This document shows, one piece after another, positions 1 through 9,100 of a DNA stretch of 36,646 bases (position 1 is the stretch's first letter; every line of letters starts with the position of its first letter). This DNA comes from Barthelona sp. PAP020. Taxonomy: Eukaryota. Below the pieces are notes generated by a model. It was not told the origin of the DNA. It was given only the letters and a program-made list of their open reading frames with translations, and searched no databases. The position numbers and the translations under genes are program-made. The stretch covers positions 1 to 36,646 of the forward strand of contig JARQWU010000082.1 of the NCBI GenBank assembly GCA_040182905.1, given 5' to 3'.

Positions 1-36
1 CCAGGATTCAAATTCAAGGCTTTCCCAACTACTCAT
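1..36 (-). CDS. Possible 5' end (12 codons, runs off the window) of a DEAD-box RNA helicase, DBP8/DDX49-like
   Basis: ATG at 36 on the minus strand gives MSSWESLEFESW, resembling the pre-Q-motif start of Dbp8 (MADFKSLGLSKW: aromatic at 4, SL at 6-7, W at 12). Only 12 residues are visible. Confidence 0.35.
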   Translation of the reverse strand, partial: MSSWESLEFESW

Positions 37-95
37 TTCAATAACACACCGTATATAAAAGCTTTCGTATACCTTTTCTTGTACCTAACGTGAAA

Positions 96-125
96 TTCAA
101 AAGTTTTCAAAAGTTTTCAAAAGTT
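96..125. repeat. Tandem repeat, 3 x TTCAAAAGTT
   Basis: Three exact 10-nt copies at 96-105, 106-115 and 116-125. Confidence 0.9.
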
Positions 126-206
126 TAAATTTATTTACATTTTAATTTGTTGTTGTGATAGTCCGGTTTCGCAAAATTTATTTTTTTTTTTTAGGTTATT
201 TAATAT

Positions 207-324
207 AAGAGGGAAAGAAAGATCACGCTGCTAACATCTCAACCACAACCCCCCACACCTAAGAGTTGTTCAGAATTTATTGTTGAAATTTCCGAGACTC
301 GATCCTCTTCTCGTTTTAGTTTTT
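207..324 (+). ncRNA. Candidate small structured RNA of unknown family (strand uncertain)
   Basis: GC-enriched island in AT-rich spacer. AAGAGGG (207-213) can pair with TCCTCTT (303-309); CA-rich core; Sm-like AATTTATTG (274-282); ends in T runs (314-324). Confidence 0.25.
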
Positions 325-325
325 G

Positions 326-331
326 AAAAAA
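326..331 (-). terminator. Pol III oligo-T terminator of tRNA-Glu
   Basis: T6 run on the minus strand beginning 4 nt after the discriminator base. Confidence 0.75.
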
Positions 332-334
332 CAA

Positions 335-407
335 CTCCGATACCGGGATTCGAACCCGGTTCTGCGGGGTGAAAACCCACTATCCTAACCAAGTAGACTA
401 TATCGGA
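335..407 (-). tRNA. tRNA-Glu, anticodon TTC, intronless
   Basis: Reverse complement TCCGATATAGTCTACTTGGTTAGGATAGTGGGTTTTCACCCCGCAGAACCGGGTTCGAATCCCGGTATCGGAG folds as a cloverleaf: acceptor TCCGATA/TATCGGA, anticodon loop TT-TTC-AC, T loop GGTTCGAATCC; no encoded CCA. Confidence 0.97.
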
Positions 408-955
408 CGCAACTTTCTTTTAATAAACCAATTGAAAATAACTGCTAATGATTGTATTTCATCCCAAAGACTTCCTTTTTTTAAAGAAAATCTTACTAAA
501 TTTTAATAAAGAATATTAAAAATTATTATTTTTTATTTTCAAGCTAAGAAACACTGCATATATAAGTAAATAAAATATTTGTGTTGTATAATAGAACACA
601 TAACATTTATTTCTAGGCCAAGAAGCACTATGCGTCTAAGCAAATTAAAAAAAATGGTGTTTATTGGTCCAGTTATGAAATAACTATATTATGGAAGTTC
701 ATGTTTAATGAACGGAATTTATTGGAGATATAAAGAGGTCATCAGATATCACTTCCTTTATTTTGTTGTTTCTTGACCACCTTTAGGTCCAATTTTTTAA
801 GTTACTTGGGCATCTGAATCCACGTGAGTTTTCCCCAAACCTTAAGCTAACTCGTTTCGTTGTTCATTGAACAACTCATACCTCATAAATATCTGATAAA
901 AAAGAATAGTATTCATTTACAAATGAGAATCAATGATTGCGAATAACATAACATT

Positions 956-3097
956 TTAAATCACATTATTCAAATGATTTTTAACCAACAATTCTTTAAT
1001 TTTTGAAGTCATAACCTCATTTTCCTTTTCAAATGCAGATATTTGATATATTGCACCCCAATCAAATGAATTCAAGGAAGGAAGTTCAATACTATTCGCA
1101 TTAACAGAACTGACAATTTTACCACTCACTTCAAACACAATGTCATCAGTTTCTAAGCTTTCAATTCTTTCTAAATTTTCAAAACTTGAAAAATTATTGT
1201 ACATGCGTTCGTTATATTCACCATCATATCTTGTTTCTGTTTCTGTCTCTATTTCTGTTTTTAAATCTTGTGGTGCTTCTTTACATGATGTTGATATCTC
1301 AGTTAACTCATTACAACTGTTCAATATTTTATTTTTATTTTTGACATGGTTAATCAAATGATTCATCTTGGTGACTGTTCTTATAATAGTTCTCAATCTT
1401 CTTTCTGGATCAAAAAATTCCTTGAACTCTTCATAGTTCAACATAACTCTTATCTCAGCAGAAATATCATCGCCTGCATTTGAACAATACACAAAATCAA
1501 ATAATTCCTTATGGCTGACAGAAGGCAAATTCATGTTATAATCAGTTTCATGAATATTCTTAAGTTTTTCATCGGTTGTTGAATTTTCAACATAGCCAAA
1601 ACCATATTCGTCCTTATTTTCATCAATTTTGTCCAATTTTTTTTGGATTTCATTGTTTCCCTTTGGATTAAATAAAATCACTTCATCAATTTCAGATTCA
1701 GAAAAAAAATCTGTGTCAGAATTCAAAGAAGAACGAGTTTCAACTTGCATTTTCAAGATATAGTTGGTGAAAACGTTCTTTTGCATCCTTTGAGTAGGAC
1801 CACTCGAGAAATTTTTAATTTTATTGATGGAAAATGAAAAGAAAAACGGAGTTCCATTGTCAACAGCAGATCTTGTGTCTTGTGGTGTGATTTCTACCGG
1901 TTTTAACAATTCAATTTCCACATTTTTCTTTTGAAAAAACGGATGTTCATATATAGTTGAAGTTGTTGGACGATTTATTGGGTTAAAACTCAGCATTTTC
2001 TCCAATAAATCTTTGAGGTCGGAATCACATTCTGGAAAAGTAAACTCCTTTCGTTCTTGTTTTAACCACTCCTTATTTTCTTCAGATTGTTTCGGATGCT
2101 GTCCAAAGTATATAATGTAGATAATAACACCCAATGAATATATATCCCACTTATAATAGGATTCTTTAGTTTCACAATAATCTCTAATGTCATCACTTTC
2201 ACAAAATCCCAAACGTTCCGGTGGAAGATAATAACGTGTTCCTGTTATCCCATTATCACAATCACTATTCCAATGAGCACTTCCAAAATCAACAATTTTC
2301 ACACTATCAATAATGTCCTCTTCAACGAGTTGTTTGATGGAAAATCCAGCAGTTTTATTTGTATTTGAACCATTCAAAAGAGATTTTATCAAATTGATCG
2401 AATGATTAGTGTTAATTAGAATATTCTCCGGTTTTAGATCACGATGTGCAATACCATTAAAGTGCAAATTGTGCAAACCCTTTAAAAGTTGAAAAAAAAC
2501 CGTTTCACAATGCTTCTCAGGTAAAGCTTTGAAATCTAAAAGTTTTTTGGTTGGATTTACATGTTCCGATAAATTTCCTCCAGAAACGAACTCCATAAAT
2601 AGAAAATATTGATCACACTTAAAACAATTCTGTGCCTTATGAAAAACCACCTGAAACAATTTTACCAAATTATTATGACTTGTCTTTTTCATTACAGCTA
2701 TTTCTTTTTCAGCAGCTTCTTTACTGAGTCCTTTATTTTTTAATTCAATTGTCTTCATTGCAATTAACTGAGTTCCACTTCTCAACAAATCAACAGTACC
2801 AAAAGATCCAGAACCTAATTTGCATAAAATTTGTAAATCATCTTTTAAATCAATAGGATTTATTGTTTGATCAATAACATTCGTGCTAATATTGTTATTA
2901 ATAGTGTTATTATCATTATTAATAGTTGTAGTAGTCTTATCAATAACTATACCATTACTAATTGTGTCATTGTCATCCAAATTGTTGTTTTGTAATTTTT
3001 CACCCAACTTGTATTGAGATTCAGAAATTTTTGAATCAGTTTCAGCTTCCTGTTCAACTATTTCCGATTCCAATAAATTTGATAAACATGCACCCAT
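956..3097 (-). CDS. Ser/Thr protein kinase with N-terminal myristoylation/palmitoylation-like motif and an uncharacterised C-terminal region
   Basis: LGSGSFG, IAMK, HRDLKPEN, DFG, GTRYYLPPE and DIYSLGV motifs are intact. First ATG at 3097 gives MGACLS; the track's 3145 start is a non-ATG codon. Confidence 0.93.
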   Translation of the reverse strand: MGACLSNLLESEIVEQEAETDSKISESQYKLGEKLQNNNLDDNDTISNGIVIDKTTTTINNDNNTINNNISTNVIDQTINPIDLKDDLQILCKLGSGSFGTVDLLRSGTQLIAMKTIELKNKGLSKEAAEKEIAVMKKTSHNNLVKLFQVVFHKAQNCFKCDQYFLFMEFVSGGNLSEHVNPTKKLLDFKALPEKHCETVFFQLLKGLHNLHFNGIAHRDLKPENILINTNHSINLIKSLLNGSNTNKTAGFSIKQLVEEDIIDSVKIVDFGSAHWNSDCDNGITGTRYYLPPERLGFCESDDIRDYCETKESYYKWDIYSLGVIIYIIYFGQHPKQSEENKEWLKQERKEFTFPECDSDLKDLLEKMLSFNPINRPTTSTIYEHPFFQKKNVEIELLKPVEITPQDTRSAVDNGTPFFFSFSINKIKNFSSGPTQRMQKNVFTNYILKMQVETRSSLNSDTDFFSESEIDEVILFNPKGNNEIQKKLDKIDENKDEYGFGYVENSTTDEKLKNIHETDYNMNLPSVSHKELFDFVYCSNAGDDISAEIRVMLNYEEFKEFFDPERRLRTIIRTVTKMNHLINHVKNKNKILNSCNELTEISTSCKEAPQDLKTEIETETETRYDGEYNERMYNNFSSFENLERIESLETDDIVFEVSGKIVSSVNANSIELPSLNSFDWGAIYQISAFEKENEVMTSKIKELLVKNHLNNVI

Positions 3098-3556
3098 TAA
3101 AATTTTGGAAATTAAAAATTCAAAATAAGAAAAATTGACTAACAAAAAATCTATATATTTGCTTTCAACCTGTTTTTTCCAAAAAAAAATAAAAATTCTT
3201 TGAGGTATAAAATGAACAACAATTTAGGAGAACAAACAAATGAAAGGTCACATTTTTTTTCACCGAGAGAAAAATATATCTTTGAATTGATCAGAAGTTG
3301 CAAAAAACTTTCAAAACATTTTATTTTTAAACCGAATTACAATTTTCAAGTGATTAATTCAATAGAAATTTCTAGCCAACTCTCTTTCAGAAAAGTTCAG
3401 TTCTTGAAGTTACAAATCATTCTTTTATAAATGAATATTTAAATGATGTCTCGTTTATATAAGAAATAATAATGACTTTTTGTCAGAGGATTTTCCATCT
3501 GTTGACATGTTTAAAATTTGATAAAAAATCTTTGTTTACATTTACAACCTATTTTA

Positions 3557-4195
3557 TCAGCTATACGATCCACCGAAATCTTCAACAATTCTATCAGTTG
3601 TTACTGCAAATATTTTAGTCTTTTCCGTTCCTTGTTGAGTAGATTCAATTCCAAAGACATTTTTTGAGCTTTGCTTTATTGTAAGAATTGGAGGTGAATG
3701 ACTATTTAAGTTATCTTTGTTTTTTTGTGCATGTTGAGCTGAGTCTTTGATTTTTTTCAACCGAACATTTCTATTTTTTCTATTCATATGCATATCATCA
3801 ACAGTTTCGGAAAAATCAGTAATAAATGTGGATGATTTTGGTGTTTCAATCAAATTAGGTGTCGAATACACATCACCAGCATGATTCCTAGAATTTGACC
3901 GTCTAACTGTCTCTTCATGTATTTGTTGAGGAGATAAAAAATTAGTATAAGCAAGTGGAGTTAATGTTTCACGATTTTTTTCAATAATTTGGATCGATTT
4001 AGCTTTATTGTTTAAAATTTTTTTGTATCTTTCTTTCAAAGCAACTGAATGCTCTTTTCTTTCCTTTTCCAAAATGTTTATTTCCATTGTGATATTTTCA
4101 ATTTGTTTTTCTTTCTTTATTCGTGTAAAATAATCATCAAAAAGACTTTGTTCATCAAATGCGGAATTTTCTGAAAAATTATTAATTAATGGCAT
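3557..4195 (-). CDS. Hypothetical protein with N-terminal coiled coil and disordered C-terminus
   Basis: 212-codon ORF from ATG 4195 in AT-rich DNA; K/E-rich heptads; no recognised family. Confidence 0.7.
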   Translation of the reverse strand: MPLINNFSENSAFDEQSLFDDYFTRIKKEKQIENITMEINILEKERKEHSVALKERYKKILNNKAKSIQIIEKNRETLTPLAYTNFLSPQQIHEETVRRSNSRNHAGDVYSTPNLIETPKSSTFITDFSETVDDMHMNRKNRNVRLKKIKDSAQHAQKNKDNLNSHSPPILTIKQSSKNVFGIESTQQGTEKTKIFAVTTDRIVEDFGGSYS

Positions 4196-4354
4196 GGATT
4201 TCAATGAAAACTACATCATCAATTGAAAAAAAAAAAAAAAAAATTTTTTTAAAATTTCAAAGCAAAGAAATCCAATACATCAACATTGCCTTAGTTTTAT
4301 ATAAATTCACTTCATTATAAAAACCAATTAACAACAAATAAAAACACATTTATA

Positions 4355-5230
4355 TCAATTTTCAGTGGCAATTCCAAAAGATTTTCCTTGTAAATGATTG
4401 GTGTAATTGTATAACATAGATTGAGAACCCAAAAGAACACCAACATAGTTCATTATAGGCAATAATCTACCCAAAGTAGCAACAGGTTGATCCAATACAA
4501 ACTTAATAAATTCAATAAAAACATTAAAAATAGAAACCTCAACACCTAATTCATGTGAAGTCAAATCTTTGGCTTCTTGACAAGATTCATAAACAAAAGA
4601 AGTGGTTGCAAAAATAGAACCAGCAATCATACCAGTAATCCCCACAAGAATTAATTTCTCAACAGTATCAAAATCCTCAATCTTCTTTCCACTGTATTTA
4701 GAATAACCCTCAAATACCTTGCGTTGTGTGAGGTTGAAAGTAAGGCCTTTTGCCATAGAAAAAGGAGTACGAGACCATCTTTCAAATAATCCTTTGAAGG
4801 CCACAGTTGGATGTTTATAAAGTAATTTTAAAGAAGCAGAAAAAAGATTTGATGCAAAATTTGAATCAACTTGCACCATTTGTTGAGCATTTAAAAAGGG
4901 TACGATAAAAGCACTAGTAATCATATGAGCAGCACCGGAAGAAATTGCAGATGACAATGCATCATTAACATTAAAAGAAAAAGGAGTCAAATCTACAAGC
5001 GTTTTGCGAATTAAAGGTTTTGAAAATTCAACCGTCTCGGAGTTAATTATTGAAAAAAAAGCATCAGTTCCAATTTTAGAAAGTTGAGTCGAAGAAGGTA
5101 TCGGTTTTAAAATAGATTTCTTTGCATTTGGATTTGTAAGATTATTCAACACAGATAATCCAACATTTGGTACAGCAGAACTAACAAATGAAGATTTAGC
5201 AATAGAAAGAGCGTTGTCGAATTTTGACAT
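4355..5230 (-). CDS. Highly divergent mitochondrial carrier family (SLC25)-like protein
   Basis: 291 aa, typical carrier length. Repeat 2 reads SSGAAHMITSAFIVPFLNAQQMVQ...AFKGLFERWSRTP, and repeat 3 begins GITGMIAG with a matching even helix; repeat 1 is barely recognisable. Confidence 0.65.
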   Translation of the reverse strand: MSKFDNALSIAKSSFVSSAVPNVGLSVLNNLTNPNAKKSILKPIPSSTQLSKIGTDAFFSIINSETVEFSKPLIRKTLVDLTPFSFNVNDALSSAISSGAAHMITSAFIVPFLNAQQMVQVDSNFASNLFSASLKLLYKHPTVAFKGLFERWSRTPFSMAKGLTFNLTQRKVFEGYSKYSGKKIEDFDTVEKLILVGITGMIAGSIFATTSFVYESCQEAKDLTSHELGVEVSIFNVFIEFIKFVLDQPVATLGRLLPIMNYVGVLLGSQSMLYNYTNHLQGKSFGIATEN

Positions 5231-5396
5231 GAATAATTTCGATTTGATAAAAGGTCACTTAGTTTCTTTCAATCAACAGTTTTTTTTTTTATTTCTTTCC
5301 TTTGTGACGAATTTGCAAAGCCACAAGGGAGTTTTTTGTGTTTGTTAAAATCACTTTTTTTTTTTGTTTTTTTTTTTTAATAATTGAATTAATGTA

Positions 5397-5669
5397 ATGG
5401 GAAAAGGACAATCAAGTCAATACAAAGGAGGAAAAAATCAAAAGATACAGAGAGATTTGTCAGATAGACGGCATAAAGAAATTCGCAAAAATGAAGTTGA
5501 AGAGCGTTCCAAAGCAACTCGAAAAATTGAAACTCCCAAATTTCAAAAGAACTTTATTGGAAAGATATTTATTTTTACAATTACCGCAATTGTTGCTTTT
5601 CTAGTTTTTGTATATTTATTCGGTGACATTCAAAAAATGTTTGAATCTACGGATAAAATTGACCTATAA
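5397..5669 (+). CDS. Small basic protein with one C-terminal TM helix (SMCO4/TRIQK-like architecture)
   Basis: 90 aa, ATG start, K/R-rich N-terminus followed by hydrophobic IFIFTITAIVAFLVFVYLFG. Confidence 0.7.
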   Translation: MGKGQSSQYKGGKNQKIQRDLSDRRHKEIRKNEVEERSKATRKIETPKFQKNFIGKIFIFTITAIVAFLVFVYLFGDIQKMFESTDKIDL

Positions 5670-6101
5670 ATTAAATTTTATCTTTGTTCTTTGCAGAATT
5701 CAGTTTCACATCAATATTTCTTAGCAAATAGAATGTTTTTCAAAAACATATCTTCTTTTATACATCAATAAAACGGTGAAACAGCAATAACAATAAAGTA
5801 ACCAAAATTGACTCCTTTCATAAAAAATTTAATTGAAAATTGATGATAACGTTTATTAATTACACTCATTCAAATTTTCGATGATTTTTGATTGTTTATT
5901 ATCATTTTACAATATTTTACACAATCTTTTGAATAAAAAAATTTGGAACAAAAGTAATTAATGAGAATGAAAAGTTCATTGAAATTGTTACGATAATAAA
6001 ATTGATTTAATGATCTTTTATGAACGAATTTCAATGTTTAAAATATAAAATTAAAAAAGTACAAAAAAAACAAAAAAAAAAATTTTTTTCAACTAATATA
6101 G

Positions 6102-9100
6102 ATGGTTAAAACTGAATTATTGACATATTTAGGATTAAGTGAAACTGAAAGTGCATCTATTAAGGTTTATGATGAAAAATCTGGTCGATTTAAATTTTTG
6201 AATATTAATGAACGAATTAACAAAATAGATCCTAGAAGTGGGACCAAAATTACATCAAAAAGTTCTGATTATCAAGTGTTAGGAGAGTTACCCATTGGAT
6301 TTAGGACTTTTTTTGAATTTTATTTAGATATATGGAAGGATCAAGATATTAGTCAATTATTTAAAGATAAAAGTGAATATTTTTTTGAAATATGCAAAAA
6401 TAAAGAAATAATTCTTGATGAATTGGATAAGATTATGAAAAGTATATTTGATCTTTTAAATAGCCCTCATTATACATCATTAAACACCGGATTGTGGTTA
6501 TCTTATGCCTTGTGTCGTGATGTTGGTGCTGAAATATTTTTTGACTATTTTTTAGAGATTTTTTCTTTTTGCTTAGATTTAGTGAAGTATGGCAATTTAA
6601 ACATACTTTCTGATATTTTTGCTATATTTTCTATGTATTTTAGATACATACCTGAGGTAATCTATGAAAGATTTGGTGATTTTTATCAAGTTTTGCAGAC
6701 TTGTTTAAATCATGAGAAAGCACATGTTAGACGATTAATAGCAGAAGCTTGTGGTTATCTTTTATGTAGGTCAGATGCAAAACTATCGAAAATAGTACAT
6801 ATTATTGTTGAGCCTGTTGTTAAAGATCATTTTGATGAAAATTTAGCAGATGGTATCGCGTATTTTTTATTTCAAGCTGTTGAAAATCGTATTAATATCA
6901 AATACGTTAGTAATGTGTTGAGAACACGATCTTATGCTTTGTTTAGTGAATTATTGAAAGTTTCCAAAAATAATAAGGGTATTAATGATATTTTATTCAG
7001 ATTGATGGTTGTAACTTTGGATTTTGGAAATGATAAGAGCAGTTTTGAATTGTTATTTGATGTTTTTGAAGAAGCAGAATATGTTGATGAAACTCTTGTT
7101 GAATTGTGGTCGAAATGGTATATCAAATTTCCTAGTAATGAGAGAATGCTTGAATTAGCAAAGAAACAAGTTTCTAATAGTTTTATTTTGGGGAATATTT
7201 TTGGTCGTGTTTTCAATGGAGTTAAGATTGAAGGGAAACAACATGAATTTATTCAATCTTTCGAATTAATTACAGTGGAGGATAAAATTTTGTTTTATGA
7301 AGGATTTTTGTCTATCACCCTTGCAAACAAAAATTTATTGAACAAAAAAAAACTTTTGTCACCTTTAGTTGAAAAAGTTTTCATTGCTGATGAGAATAAG
7401 CGTTTGAAATATTTTTCAAATTTGATAGAAGATCCCACACCTTTTGAAATTGGAAATTATCTCTTGAAAACAGAATTTTCTTTTAGTTCTGAATGTATGA
7501 GTGTTTTATTGGATTCTTTAATCAATTTCAGTGAATATACTGAAGAAAATATCATTTTAATATTGGTATTACTGTTAAAAAACAAAAAAAGTGCAAAAAA
7601 ATCCAGCTTTTCAGCAGATTTGTTGAAATTTTCTGAATTGTTCGATAAATCCAAATATTCAAGTACAACTAATTCTTTATGGTATTGTTTGTTGGTAAAG
7701 GAAGATATATTTGAATTTGATGATGTTTCTTCTTGGGTCGATGAGAATGTGAACAATATTGATGGATTGTTCTTGTTAAAATATTGCAATTTTGACATAA
7801 GTAACGTTAAACAATATCAACAACAAATGATTGATAATCTATTGAATTTTAATGTTCATGTGCGTTGTTTTTCAGTGGAGTTCTTAGAAATGCTAGAAAC
7901 AAATCTAGATTTGTCGCAATTGGATCGAATAATGAAGGATGTGTATAATTTGCAAACAGTAAGAGATAAGATGGCCATTGTTTTGAGATTATCATCAAGA
8001 TTTAAAGATGATGATGTAAGCGAGCTTGAAAAGGAAATTTTGCTCAAATTTTGTATTGGTAACCTTAGTTTATCCATTAAAAATTTGAGTGACAAGTTTG
8101 AAGAAGCATTAAGCGCCATTTTATGTGAGTGTGATGCCCATCAAATGAATATCTTCATTGAAACAATGTCAAATTGGGCAAAATCACTATCTGTTGAAAA
8201 TCACATGTTTTTGGTTGATGTTCCCCAGATTAAAGACATTGAAAATGCTGGAAAAACTACTGTAGAACAGCATAGGGAAGATTCATCCAAGAATTTGACT
8301 AAAAACTTCTTCGAATGGAAACATAACAGTATGATTGAGTCTATGGAGCTTTTTAAAATATTTGGCTCAACTTTTTACGCATTAAGAGAATTAGAAGACC
8401 ATTTTACACCAAATTCCTTTGCAAAATATGCTACTAATGATTTTGTTGGTATTTCTAGGTATCGTAGATTGGGACATCATCGTCACGCCCTGGTTTCATT
8501 GGTTAAATCAAGTTTTGCGTCATTATCGACAAAAAAGAAATTGAGAAATGCTTTTCTACCTCTTGTTGAGCACTTTTTAAGGACTCAACATGACATATTT
8601 TATGATAAGGCCTCTATTGATGTTGAAGAATACCACACTATTCTTCCTATATGGCATTCATGGCTACATGGGGATGAAGAGGATCTTTCACAATATTTAT
8701 GGTTCAAAAGAGAAGCAAGAACAACAATTATTGCTTTATTAGACTGTTATCTTGATGGAATTGCACACATTCGAAAGATTGAGATAGACAAAGATTGGAT
8801 ACACAAACTTTCTTTGGAGATATTTTCTTTGTTAAACAAGACAGATCCTGGCATTCAGTGGAGAGCATTCTCTGCTTTTAACGTTTTTAGAAATAGTGAA
8901 GGTAATGAGTTTCCAAATATAAAGACCAAATTACCATTACCTTCTAAATTTAACAATTTGAAACAAGTTTTTGGTGAATCCTCAAACGTTTGGGATCTAA
9001 TTGATGAAAAGTCTTTCAGGACCTTATTAACCACTCTAGTCTCCGATGTTAATTCTCAATTGACCAATACAAATGCCATTGTTGAATCTCCAATGCTGAA

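Noticed and set aside
207..324. 5S rRNA, U3 or RNase P identity for the GC island
   Set aside because: Only isolated short motif matches (TCTCGGAA, AGCGTGA); required companion boxes and helices are absent.
3200..3430. Short ORFs in intergenic DNA (also 15807-16037, 16157-16348, 35781-35969, 36300-36542)
   Set aside because: Composition reflects A/T tracts (K/F/N/I), mostly non-ATG starts, no motifs.
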